Shown here: piece by piece, positions 35,187 through 44,173 of the stretch
Layout: the number at the start of each line of letters is the position of its first letter
Numbering within the stretch: the first letter of the stretch is position 1
Source: a virus
Length of the DNA: 64,000 nucleotides
Strand: one strand, 5' to 3'
IMG/VR virus record: IMGVR_UViG_3300025326_000025
Notes under the pieces: model-generated
Databases searched by the model: none
The model's input: only the letters and a program-made list of their open reading frames with translations
Told to the model about the DNA's origin: nothing
Program-made: the position numbers and the translations under genes

Positions 35187-35912
35187 TCACTCCCATTGCC
35201 AGATGACGTACCGCTGCGGCGGGAATCCCGTCAGCGCGAACAGGAGCGGGTCCCGGATGGCCGGACGGGACAGGATCGCGATAAACTCGGGCGTGGCGAC
35301 CTCATACGCCGGGGCGCCGGCCTCTCGCAGCACGTCCACGATCTCGACGGGGACGTCCCTCTGCATGATGTAGTCTTGCAGGCCGTAGACGTACATCGGA
35401 ATGATGCGATCTACGTCCCCGATGAGGCGGGCGTGTATGTGGTGAACCCACCGCGCATTTTCGGGCAGTTCCGCGCACGCCAAGTTGCACACTTCGACGG
35501 TCTCGGCGCGAGGGAACTTTTCCCGTATGGCTTCCAGGGATGCGAGGTTCTGCGATCGGTGGTTCAGGGATGTCAGGAGGTTCAAGGCCGTGTTGGGGCC
35601 GCCGCCAAGATTCGATCCACTCCCGACAGCAACCCAGTCGTTCCTGACCGGAGGTGTGATTGCGGCGTCCATTCCAGTCACGACCTTGACGAACTCCCGC
35701 CTCTCGTCGTCCGTCATGTCGCGCCACTTCCGGACGATGGAGGACTCCGGCGCGATGAACGTTGGGACGTTCCCCGTGTTCAGAATGCGCCTCGTGATGC
35801 AGACGCCATCCTCGATGCGCAGCTCGATATCGACCCGCGGCGGAGTCGGCTTCTTTACGTTCGGAACGACCGCGGGGCCCACGACTTCCGCCACCTTTCT
35901 CCGTCGGAGCAT
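35187..35912 (-). CDS. Hypothetical protein (241 aa)
   Basis: Leaderless start after a TATA-GTTGCC promoter; C-terminal IRDPLLF...YVIWQWE. Confidence 0.75.
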   Translation of the reverse strand: MLRRRKVAEVVGPAVVPNVKKPTPPRVDIELRIEDGVCITRRILNTGNVPTFIAPESSIVRKWRDMTDDERREFVKVVTGMDAAITPPVRNDWVAVGSGSNLGGGPNTALNLLTSLNHRSQNLASLEAIREKFPRAETVEVCNLACAELPENARWVHHIHARLIGDVDRIIPMYVYGLQDYIMQRDVPVEIVDVLREAGAPAYEVATPEFIAILSRPAIRDPLLFALTGFPPQRYVIWQWE

Positions 35913-35927
35913 GCCGCCTGTAACCGT

Positions 35928-35944
35928 CGGCAACTACAAGAAAG
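35928..35944 (-). promoter_or_regulatory. TATA-GTTGCC promoter
   Basis: CTTTCTTGTAGTTGCCG about 23 nt before ATG 35912. Confidence 0.65.
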
Positions 35945-35955
35945 CATCGGTGGAC

Positions 35956-35995
35956 GGCCCTCGTCCCTCGCCTACCTCGTGGGACTCACGGGGCC
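35956..35995 (-). terminator. GC-rich hairpin after the capsid gene
   Basis: GGCCC...GGGCC outer stem with GTCCC/GGGAC inner pairing, followed by CTTTCTT. Confidence 0.35.
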
Positions 35996-36042
35996 ATGCT
36001 CGAAACAGAAAGGATTCGAAAGGAGGTGGGGGGACGGGATGC

Positions 36043-37068
36043 TCAGATCCCGTCCACGAGCAGGAGCGCCTTCGGCGTCTTGAGGGCCGTCACGCGCTCG
36101 CTCCACGCCTGGTACACGGTCACGTGATCCTCGTCGCGCGTGTACTGGTTCGTGTTGAACGGTCCCGCGCGCCCGAACTGCGGGTCGAACGACTCGTAGA
36201 TCGTCGCGGCCTTTGCGCTCCGGTCGAATCCGAGGGCCTTGTTCGACTGCACGACGCCGGCCGAGTTCATGAACGAGAAGTCCACCGGGGTCAGGGTCAC
36301 TCCGAAGATGACCGGCACGGCGACGCCGGGCACGAACGGGGACTGCTGCCAGACGGTGTTCGTCTTGTTGATGAGCCGCTCGGCGACGTAGGTGTGTTCC
36401 TCGACGTCGACGAACAAGTCCGTGAGCCGGTACGGGTAGCGCGCGCCGTCGGAGTTCGTCTGCTTCGCGACGACGAGCTTCATCCGCAGGATGTCCTTAA
36501 TCGGGTCGGACGCCGTCTGATCCCACGCGTTCGCGGACGCCTGGTTGATCTCCAGGAACTTGCGTTTCTTCTCGTACCCGACGCCCGACGCGGTCGCACT
36601 CGGGTAGAGGTTCTGGAGGCCCGCGTCCGCGTCGATCGCGGCGGTCCCGACGGCCCAGTCGTTCGTCACATCGGCCGCGGTCTTGTTGTTCACGTACTCC
36701 GCGAGCCATGCGGCGAAGAGTTGCTGTCCGCGAACGACCTCGTCGATGTCCTTCGTGTACCGACGGACATCCGGGCCGTACTCGATCGCCATGCCGAACC
36801 CGGTCAGGGTCGCATACTTGCGGTCGAGGCGGGTCTGAATCTTGACGGTCGCGAACTCTCCTTCCGACGTCCGCGGGGCCGGGAATGCCTTGTCCGGGTG
36901 CGTGTACGCGGTGAACTTGTCGGCGAAGTAGGCCACCGTCGGGGCGTCCGCCGCGACGTGCGGGAACATGCCCTCGAAGATGAGTCGTGGTCCGACGAGT
37001 TCGCGCAGCTCGGCATCCTGGAACTCCTTCCGCAGGAGGTCGTGGACGGTCAGTATGATGTCAGGCAT
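36043..37068 (-). CDS. Major capsid protein (HK97 fold, probable)
   Basis: 341 aa downstream of protease-scaffold and decoration genes; EGEF.TV, G.AIEY, DPI.DI....L, C-terminal P.AL..V.G. Confidence 0.85.
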   Translation of the reverse strand: MPDIILTVHDLLRKEFQDAELRELVGPRLIFEGMFPHVAADAPTVAYFADKFTAYTHPDKAFPAPRTSEGEFATVKIQTRLDRKYATLTGFGMAIEYGPDVRRYTKDIDEVVRGQQLFAAWLAEYVNNKTAADVTNDWAVGTAAIDADAGLQNLYPSATASGVGYEKKRKFLEINQASANAWDQTASDPIKDILRMKLVVAKQTNSDGARYPYRLTDLFVDVEEHTYVAERLINKTNTVWQQSPFVPGVAVPVIFGVTLTPVDFSFMNSAGVVQSNKALGFDRSAKAATIYESFDPQFGRAGPFNTNQYTRDEDHVTVYQAWSERVTALKTPKALLLVDGI

Positions 37069-37073
37069 TCAAA

Positions 37074-37625
37074 TCACCCCACAATGAGGACGGCGTGTAG
37101 ACCCGCCGCACTCGAACTGTCGAGCAGCATCCCGTATGGCCGAGCCGGGCCAATGGAGTCCGTCGCCGGGACGGACGTGGTCGTCCAGTCCGAACCCGTG
37201 TTGCTGAATCCGACGAGGGTGCCTGCCACGACGGCCTCGCGCACCTTGACGCGCCGGATGACCTTGCCGGTGAGCCACTCGACCGTGGCCTTCCGCATGT
37301 CGTCTCGGCTGGAGAGGGTGATGGGTGCCGTGGACGTCGGATCGATGCCCTGCGGGAATCCGAGAGGTTCCTCGATGACGCGCCCGACGGGCTTCTGGTC
37401 CGAGTGGGGCCGCGCGAAGATTGTGAGGTTCCCCTGGGACGACGCGGTCCATGGCTGGACGTAGTCGCCCGCGGCAATCTTGAGGGAGTACGTGCCGTAC
37501 GGCCCGAACTTCTCGCCGGACGGTCCCGTGACCGCCGAGATGGGCGTGAAGACACCTTCGTAGAGGGCGCCGGACTGCTGCAGGCCCTTTCCGATGTCTG
37601 CCGGGTTCGTGATGACGGATGGCAT
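37074..37625 (-). CDS. Capsid decoration/cement protein (probable)
   Basis: Between scaffold and capsid; KIAAGDYV, AVVAGTLV...G..L pattern. Confidence 0.65.
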   Translation of the reverse strand: MPSVITNPADIGKGLQQSGALYEGVFTPISAVTGPSGEKFGPYGTYSLKIAAGDYVQPWTASSQGNLTIFARPHSDQKPVGRVIEEPLGFPQGIDPTSTAPITLSSRDDMRKATVEWLTGKVIRRVKVREAVVAGTLVGFSNTGSDWTTTSVPATDSIGPARPYGMLLDSSSAAGLHAVLIVG

Positions 37626-37642
37626 GGTTTTTCACACTCCTT

Positions 37643-39556
37643 CTAGGCGGGCTTGTTCTCCAGCGGTCCCATCCCCAAGAGCGCGGCCTTGTACGCCTTC
37701 AGGGCCGCAATCTGTTCGGGTGTGAGATCGGGTTCGTCGGACCCCGCGACGAAACGTGCGAGGTTGACCTCTCCGGACGCGGCCGGGATGATGAGGTCGT
37801 CGCGAGGCTTCGTGGCCTGTGCGCCGGAGTGGGATGTCTTCCCGCTCTTGACGCCAGACGCGATGACCCGGAGTTGCTCCAGGGAGAACTGCTCGAACTC
37901 CTTGACATCCACGTCCATTTTCTTGAGCGCCAAGAGTTCGGAGTAGCGTTCCTGCTTGAGGCGGTCCTCGCGGAACTTCGCGAGATCGTCACGTTCCTTC
38001 TGCGCGGCCTCGAGTTGCGCCCGCAGCGCCACGATCGTCTGTTCATCGGACATGAGAGTCCCTTCGGACGGTGGTTTCTGGTTTCCCGCCAGAAGGGCCG
38101 CCTTCTCCGCCTCGAGGGCGTCGAGTTTGGCCTTCATTTCGGCGATGACCGTCGCGTTGTCTTCTGTCATATTTGCCTCGGACGGTGGTTCGTGGTTTCC
38201 GTCGGGCGATGGCATGACGGTCCATTCCCATCCCGTCCCGCTCCCGTCGGACGGGATGCTGATGAACGAACTGTCGGCGGCGATCGTTGCGGAGGTGTTC
38301 CCCGGAGTACCGCTTGTCGACGCGAAGATGATGTTTCCTGTGGCGGTGTTGGTCGCGCCGACGGACTTCGCCTCGGATGGCTTCTCCTTCGAGTAGGACA
38401 TCGTCGTGTACCAGGACAACCCGCCTTTCTTTCCGCTCGCGTTGAATCCGGCGGACTCGATGTCGACGTCGTGCGCCCGAAGGCACGCAGTCGCCTCCTC
38501 GAGGTGCACGCGGAGGCATCCTTCCAGACCCCCCTCCATGTCTCCGTGGTAGGCGGCCTCGGCACCCGATACCTCGACCCCGTGCTTCTTCGCCCGTCGA
38601 ACGAGGCATGCGTGGATCTTCGCCTTCGCCGCGGGGCCGAAGTTCGAGTTCTTAAGACGTGCGAGGCCGTTCCGGGCATGCGCCGCGTCGTGCGCGGGGA
38701 AGCTCCGACCGGGTCCGCAGAAGGCCGAATCCGGCAGGGCGTTCCGCGTCTTTGCCGTCAACTTGGCACCCAAGGCGACACCGGATGCCTCGAGTCCGGA
38801 ATCCCAGTATGGGCCTTCCTGTCGCCAGAGTTCCGCGGCGAAGTCGTCGTCGTCCAGCTCGTATTCAATCGTTCCGCCGCAGCAGCCCTCATCCTCGTCT
38901 GGATTGTCCATAATCTCACCCATTTTGTAGCCGACAACATAACAGTTGTCAGGAGAACAGGCAGGCACGGACGGGGTCACGACGAACGTGTTCCCCATGC
39001 CGATCGCGTCGACAATCTCTGTCCCGGAGAGTTCCTTCACGACCGCCTCGACGGACGTGAACACATCGGGCATGAGGCGGTCGAGGATGGCCTTCATGTT
39101 CGATTCAATCTTGATGCGGAGGACGAGTTCGTCCTTCAGGTCGTTGTCGATGTCGGACACGGTCGCTGCGACGACGGTTCCGTCGAGTTCGGTGTCGTGA
39201 TAATGGTTGATTCCTACCTTCGTCCCGACCCACGTCCCGGCGATCTTCCGGAGTGTCCCGGGGCGCCATGTGACCATGATGACATCGCCGTCGGCCATGC
39301 GCATGTAGACGGGCGAACCGTCCTCGGCCGCGACGACCGTGATGATGCCGTCGTTATCGGGATCCAGGACGAAGTCTCCGAAGTCCTCCCCGACGACCGC
39401 GTTCTCTCCGGACGTGCCGACGACGCGCGAATAGCAAATGGCTACCTTCTGGGCCTTCGTGTACGGCTTTCCGGTGCGCTTGTTCTTCCCGGTGACCTGT
39501 TCCGTGCACCGGTCCATCTTACCCCAGAGGTTCTTGGGCACGTTCGAGTACGGCAT
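37643..39556 (-). CDS. Prohead protease-scaffold fusion (ChaB-like N-terminus, protease, DUF6582-like insert, coiled-coil scaffold)
   Basis: MPY..VP..LW...AICY start; VGINH and FTSVE protease-like motifs; L....RNALPDSAF.GP.RSFP.HD..HAR..LAR; C-terminal coiled coil. Confidence 0.8.
   Translation of the reverse strand: MPYSNVPKNLWGKMDRCTEQVTGKNKRTGKPYTKAQKVAICYSRVVGTSGENAVVGEDFGDFVLDPDNDGIITVVAAEDGSPVYMRMADGDVIMVTWRPGTLRKIAGTWVGTKVGINHYHDTELDGTVVAATVSDIDNDLKDELVLRIKIESNMKAILDRLMPDVFTSVEAVVKELSGTEIVDAIGMGNTFVVTPSVPACSPDNCYVVGYKMGEIMDNPDEDEGCCGGTIEYELDDDDFAAELWRQEGPYWDSGLEASGVALGAKLTAKTRNALPDSAFCGPGRSFPAHDAAHARNGLARLKNSNFGPAAKAKIHACLVRRAKKHGVEVSGAEAAYHGDMEGGLEGCLRVHLEEATACLRAHDVDIESAGFNASGKKGGLSWYTTMSYSKEKPSEAKSVGATNTATGNIIFASTSGTPGNTSATIAADSSFISIPSDGSGTGWEWTVMPSPDGNHEPPSEANMTEDNATVIAEMKAKLDALEAEKAALLAGNQKPPSEGTLMSDEQTIVALRAQLEAAQKERDDLAKFREDRLKQERYSELLALKKMDVDVKEFEQFSLEQLRVIASGVKSGKTSHSGAQATKPRDDLIIPAASGEVNLARFVAGSDEPDLTPEQIAALKAYKAALLGMGPLENKPA
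38072..38081 (-). promoter_or_regulatory. CCANNAACCA motif, intragenic
   Basis: CCAGAAACCA, 19 nt before in-frame ATG 38053. Confidence 0.68.
38186..38195 (-). promoter_or_regulatory. CCANNAACCA motif, intragenic
   Basis: CCACGAACCA, 16 nt before in-frame ATG 38170. Confidence 0.68.
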
Positions 39557-39578
39557 ACGGTCGGACGATGGTTGCGGG

Positions 39579-39995
39579 TTACGTCACTCCAGTCGGCGGT
39601 TCGGTCGGGAGCCACATGGCGTCCCGGCGCTGCGCGGACGGTCGCCTCTTGATGACGTACTCGTAGGCCGCGTCCATCGTCGGCAGGACGCCAGTATTGA
39701 ATAGATACCACGCCATCGTCAGAGGCGATCGTTCGACGCCGGCACCGCAATGCACGAGGACCTCCTCGCCAATGGCGACGAGACCGTGGATGACGGTCAT
39801 CGCCAAGTCGAGCTGCCCGAGGTCGGCGCGGACCTCTCCACCCTCGTTCCGTAGAATGGGGATGTGTATCGTCCCCGGACGATCCGCGTGGTACGGAGAG
39901 CACATCTCGAGGACGCAGATCCGGATGACCTCGGGCGGGGCCTTCGCGGCGTCCTCCATGCTCCCGAGATAGAGTCCTGGCAGAATCTCGTCCAC
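39579..39995 (-). CDS. Dual-specificity (Cx5R) phosphatase
   Basis: EILPGLYLGS and VHCGAGVERS P-loop. Confidence 0.92.
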   Translation of the reverse strand: MDEILPGLYLGSMEDAAKAPPEVIRICVLEMCSPYHADRPGTIHIPILRNEGGEVRADLGQLDLAMTVIHGLVAIGEEVLVHCGAGVERSPLTMAWYLFNTGVLPTMDAAYEYVIKRRPSAQRRDAMWLPTEPPTGVT

Positions 39996-39996
39996 G

Positions 39997-40641
39997 TCAA
40001 TCCTCCGATTCTCGTGTCCACGGATAGATGGTGAACCGACGGAACTCGCCGATGCGCCACAGGATGCTCAAAGAACACGCAGCGAGGGCGACGGCGAGGG
40101 TCGTGAACCACGCTTCCAAGCCCGGGTACACGAGGCTAATGTTCCATGCGGCATGCACGGCCGACATCCCGATCCACCCGAAGACGTTAATCGTCATTCC
40201 AGTCGACGTGCCGACCTTGTGGACGCGCTTCGTCGCCTTCGTGATGCCGACCGCTAGGATGAAGAACAGGACATGACCGCCATACACGAACCGGATGAGG
40301 AGCGTCGACCAGAACCAGACGCCCCACACGGTCCCGATGCTCACGCCGAAGAGGATGGCCTCGGCCTCCGCCGAGAGAGCATAGAAGACGGATTCGATCA
40401 GGGACGCGACGATGACAATCTCCAGGGCATACCAGAACCGGAAGTTCCGCAGGACGAGATAGACAAGCATCCCCTCGATGAAGAAAGCACTCAGGATGTA
40501 CGCAATCCACGCCTTCTCGATGTCCCACATCGGGAAGTAACCGGCGACGAGAGGATTCCACAGCAGCGCGAGCAAAGCCATAGTCAGGGCGATGAGCACG
40601 GCCATGATCGAGGCTCTCACCGTCTCATGTCTCACGAGCAT
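39997..40641 (-). CDS. PrsW-like intramembrane metalloprotease
   Basis: Multi-TM with IEG, LIES, GH and HAAWN residues in PrsW-like order. Confidence 0.6.
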   Translation of the reverse strand: MLVRHETVRASIMAVLIALTMALLALLWNPLVAGYFPMWDIEKAWIAYILSAFFIEGMLVYLVLRNFRFWYALEIVIVASLIESVFYALSAEAEAILFGVSIGTVWGVWFWSTLLIRFVYGGHVLFFILAVGITKATKRVHKVGTSTGMTINVFGWIGMSAVHAAWNISLVYPGLEAWFTTLAVALAACSLSILWRIGEFRRFTIYPWTRESED

Positions 40642-40870
40642 CCCTCAAGATGTTGTGGACGAAGGCGTAGACCAGAGCCGGGAATACGGCTGCGAGCATG
40701 ACGAGTTCGAAGGGACCTTCTCCCTCGAGGTTCCAGACGAGATACGATATCCAGTATCGCCCGCCGTAGATCCATCCCTTCACGATTGATGAGAGGATGA
40801 TGATGAACGCGGCCAGGGACACCGATTGCGCGACGATACGAACGGCCTTTCCTGCGCCGGAGAGAGTCAC
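40625..40870 (-). CDS. Small two-TM membrane protein
   Basis: GTGA overlap with the portal stop; hydrophobic. Confidence 0.65.
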   Translation of the reverse strand: MTLSGAGKAVRIVAQSVSLAAFIIILSSIVKGWIYGGRYWISYLVWNLEGEGPFELVMLAAVFPALVYAFVHNILRDARET

Positions 40871-42204
40871 AGGGATTCCTTCGTGGCGCTCGTCGGAGCG
40901 GGAAGTTGCAGTTTCGGCGTCTTCGCGGCGATCGGGTCAAACACCGTCGTCCCCGCGTCCACGATGTCGAGCATGTCCGTCAGGAACTCCTTCGAGACGA
41001 GGCCGCGCTCGTAGAGGCGCATGAGGGACACGGACCGGCGTTCCCAGTCGCGGTCGTCCATATCGAACACGATGTCGACGTCGGAATCCGCGATCTTCGT
41101 GAGGAGGGTGCGTCGGAGGTCGTGCGCGATCTGCCCGCGGACGCGGGCGATCATGTGCGAGGACAGTTCCTTCTCCTCTTCGAGGATTGCGCGGTTCGCA
41201 CCCTGTTGCAGGAAGTACCCGAGGGCGAACCCGAAGTTCATGAGGACGACCGAGATGATGGGCGTCAGGAGTGCCATGACTGGAAGGAGGTTCGCTCCGC
41301 CGCCTCCCCCGCCGAGGGATCCGACGACGCCGATGTCGTGGCGCGAGTCCGTCACGATGTTCGACGTGGCGCTGTGGACGTTCTTGAACTTCAGGGACCA
41401 CTCCTTGATGGCCGCGGACTTCTCCGCGTCCGTCGCGAATCCCTCTGTGTCGATCTTCGCCAGCAGGGGAGCGTACGCGATGCGCTTGAGGGCCGCCGGG
41501 ATATCCTTGCTCGACTGGTCAAGTGCCGAGAACAGGAGGATGTTCGGCCGGAACAGACTCATCCCGTACGGCGATCGGGGCCACTCCTTGAGACGAAGAT
41601 GGATGAGGTTCTCGGACCGGAGAGGGATGCGCTTCATCTCCGGCGTGGCGTGATAGGTGTCGTGCGCGATGTATCGACGATCCTGCGTGTACTCAATGAC
41701 CCCGTCCGTCATGAACATCCGGATTGACTCGAAATCGATGATGCGCGTGCCGACGACCTCGCCTCCTCGCATGGCGACGTCCCCACCGCCGTTGCCGAGT
41801 ACGACCGCCTGTCGGACCATGATGGGGAGTTTGTGACGGGTGTCGTCCATCTCGAAGAACTCCTCGACCTTCTTGACCGCCCGCGGCTTTCCCTCGAAGT
41901 GGAAATCGTTCGCGAAGATCTCGTTGACGAGGTACTCCGACACCATGTACGCCCACGGGTTCGAGAGGTACATGCGCGAGTAGTCCCGGTAGAACACGGG
42001 CTCGTCATACTGCCAGATGCTCTTGTGCATCTCGAAATCGTACGGGTCGTAATCCTCGAGGACCGTCTTGTCCTCTCGGAAGGTCGTGTACGGCAGGAGG
42101 CTCGCGAAGGCAGGCGGGACGGCGGTCGTCTGCGGCGGACGTGCCCGGAGTTCGTAACCGCGCATGAGACGGAAGGAATCTTCGAGAAGGGGGTCGCGTG
42201 CCAT
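40867..42204 (-). CDS. Portal protein
   Basis: 445 aa between terminase and protease; QAVVLGNG, ENLIHLR....R.PYG.S.F.P. Confidence 0.88.
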   Translation of the reverse strand: MARDPLLEDSFRLMRGYELRARPPQTTAVPPAFASLLPYTTFREDKTVLEDYDPYDFEMHKSIWQYDEPVFYRDYSRMYLSNPWAYMVSEYLVNEIFANDFHFEGKPRAVKKVEEFFEMDDTRHKLPIMVRQAVVLGNGGGDVAMRGGEVVGTRIIDFESIRMFMTDGVIEYTQDRRYIAHDTYHATPEMKRIPLRSENLIHLRLKEWPRSPYGMSLFRPNILLFSALDQSSKDIPAALKRIAYAPLLAKIDTEGFATDAEKSAAIKEWSLKFKNVHSATSNIVTDSRHDIGVVGSLGGGGGGANLLPVMALLTPIISVVLMNFGFALGYFLQQGANRAILEEEKELSSHMIARVRGQIAHDLRRTLLTKIADSDVDIVFDMDDRDWERRSVSLMRLYERGLVSKEFLTDMLDIVDAGTTVFDPIAAKTPKLQLPAPTSATKESL

Positions 42205-42208
42205 GTCG

Positions 42209-42769
42209 TCACTCCGTTGGTTCGTGGCCTTCTCCCGACCCAGGAGGTTTCAGGGTCGCCTTCGCAACGCGGTAGGCTTCGCGCATCGCCCGGAGATTCG
42301 CGCAGATGGCGATGCGATAGGCGACGGACGCCGCGGATTCGGGATGGGACGCCAAGATGTTCCGGTAGATACGTTCGGCGTCTTCCTCGTCCTTCTTCGA
42401 TTCCGACTCGGGCCTCGCGCCCGCACGTATGAGGAGTGCATGTAAGGCAGGCAGGATCTCCTTGTCGGGTATCGCGGAGAATGACCCCCGCAGGGCCCCG
42501 CCTACCCTTGTCTCGAACCATTCCGAGAATCCTTCGACCTCTGCGGTTTCCGATATCGGCGCGGGTTCGTCTGGTTCTTGATCCGGCAAGGCTGCCTGTA
42601 TGATTTCCGGCGTCTTCGTGACAGGACCGTTGTCATTTTCCCTGCGAGTCTTACGCGCCCGGGTGGATTTCGGGACGGCGACGGTGGCCGTGTCCTCGTC
42701 TCCGCGTATGATGGCGGCGATCTTCTCGAGGCGATCCGCCAACTTCCGGGCGTCCTCGTCTAACGTCAA
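42209..42769 (-). CDS. Hypothetical protein (186 aa)
   Basis: Packed ORF with start/stop overlaps. Confidence 0.6.
   Translation of the reverse strand: MTLDEDARKLADRLEKIAAIIRGDEDTATVAVPKSTRARKTRRENDNGPVTKTPEIIQAALPDQEPDEPAPISETAEVEGFSEWFETRVGGALRGSFSAIPDKEILPALHALLIRAGARPESESKKDEEDAERIYRNILASHPESAASVAYRIAICANLRAMREAYRVAKATLKPPGSGEGHEPTE
42218..42227 (-). promoter_or_regulatory. CCANNAACCA motif
   Basis: CCACGAACCA, 14 nt before the portal ATG. Confidence 0.68.
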
Positions 42770-43551
42770 AACAGTCTCTCCATACGCTCCTCCGCGGCCA
42801 TCCTGCGGATCCTCGTCGCGAGTTCGCTCGGCGATAGGTGGTCCGATGCTTTGTCCAAGATTTCGAGAGACTCCATGCGGCTGTCCTCGATCTCCGTCGT
42901 CTCTCGCGCGGGGTGGTATTCCGGCACGTCCTCGACGAACAGTTTACCGTCTCCGTCTTGCATCGTTCCGACATACACGACATCGAGTATTTTTCGTTCG
43001 AGAGAGACGATCCGGTTCTCGGCGTACTCGATGAACGCCCCCGCCTCCTCGGACGATCGGAAACGCCCGATGCGTCTCGTCTTTCCGCGTAGCACGACGG
43101 AGACGTTGATGTGCCTGCCTGCGTCTGTCTCCACATGTCTCACATGCCACCGACGCGGGTAAACTTTCTTCCCGACATATCGTACGACGTACCCGTACTT
43201 CGTCCCGTAGTTTCGTAGAGCCCAATGATTCGGGTCCTTCCGGAACCATTGGACCATTTGCCGTATCGTCTCGTACGGTATCCCGGTGATCCTCGCCAGA
43301 CCGCCGTACGTCTGTTCGTCGAGGCGTTCGTGCCCGCCTTCCTTGGAACACTTCTCGCAGGTCCTCTCTTGACACTTCGCGCACTTCGGCTTGGAACGGG
43401 ATGTGTGACGGCCGCACGGTTCGGCATGTCGGTCGTGACCGTTTCGCGTCTCGGGGCAGCACTTGTCGCACGCTCCGTTGCGGTGCTCCCAGATGCACGC
43501 CAGGAGCGCCACGCAATCGCTTTCCAGATCCCGCTTGTTCGCCTTGTGCAT
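42766..43551 (-). CDS. Zn-finger + HTH + AP2-like DNA-binding protein (261 aa)
   Basis: Multiple CxxC pairs; GLARITGIPYETIRQMV helix-turn-helix; V.LRG...RIGRF.S.EEA; start reassigned to 43551. Confidence 0.6.
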   Translation of the reverse strand: MHKANKRDLESDCVALLACIWEHRNGACDKCCPETRNGHDRHAEPCGRHTSRSKPKCAKCQERTCEKCSKEGGHERLDEQTYGGLARITGIPYETIRQMVQWFRKDPNHWALRNYGTKYGYVVRYVGKKVYPRRWHVRHVETDAGRHINVSVVLRGKTRRIGRFRSSEEAGAFIEYAENRIVSLERKILDVVYVGTMQDGDGKLFVEDVPEYHPARETTEIEDSRMESLEILDKASDHLSPSELATRIRRMAAEERMERLF

Positions 43552-43925
43552 CACTTCACCTTTGCCGGCTGCATGCGGAACTCGATCCGCCATACGGAAG
43601 GATTGTCCGCCCATTCCTTCCCCGGTCGTCCGCCGTAGAGATCCTGCCAGATACGGATGAAATCGGACAGGGACCCGAGGCCCTCCTTGTGCGCCTCCGC
43701 GTCATCCATGTCACGGAGATGGACGGACCGGCAGTCGACGACGATGAGGTTCGCGAAGCCCGGCCACCGGCTAGGGACACGTTTTCCGTCCGGAATCTTC
43801 GCGCGGAGAAGCGTGCCGACATGGCGTGGTGAGAACCGGCGCGTGACGGTTTTGGTGGGCCATTTCGTCCCGAGGATGTGGGGGACGAACTCGGCGCGGA
43901 ACGGCATCGAGAACCGTACTGTCAT
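43551..43925 (-). CDS. ASCH domain protein
   Basis: ILG....KTVTRR, L.DMDD.EA.KEG....F...W...Y, VW.IEF. Confidence 0.85.
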   Translation of the reverse strand: MTVRFSMPFRAEFVPHILGTKWPTKTVTRRFSPRHVGTLLRAKIPDGKRVPSRWPGFANLIVVDCRSVHLRDMDDAEAHKEGLGSLSDFIRIWQDLYGGRPGKEWADNPSVWRIEFRMQPAKVK

Positions 43926-44173
43926 GCCGTCGCCCCCAAGAAGCCGTGATGCGGGCAGATACATTCGTCGTTCTCCAGAATCACGGTGTCGTTCGGACCG
44001 AGGTTGTGACCGGGCATAACGCGTTGCTCCATCTCCGGATGATTGCATCCGAGGCAGAATACGGATTCCGGAGGCGCTCCATGCCAAGACCAGTACCAGA
44101 ACCAACTCTCGTCAGGACGCATGTGGACGTGTCGGTTCCCGGCGGCGACCCATTCCGGAACCTTCTCGTCCAT
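43922..44173 (-). CDS. Cys/His/Trp-rich hypothetical protein (83 aa)
   Basis: Start/stop overlaps on both sides. Confidence 0.55.
   Translation of the reverse strand: MDEKVPEWVAAGNRHVHMRPDESWFWYWSWHGAPPESVFCLGCNHPEMEQRVMPGHNLGPNDTVILENDECICPHHGFLGATA

Noticed and set aside
35485-39652. Long + strand ORFs (659 and 677 aa; likewise 17522-19270, 25184-27232, 33649-35130, 50744-52264)
   Set aside because: Antisense shadows of well-supported - strand genes in high-GC DNA; no motifs, RBS or promoters
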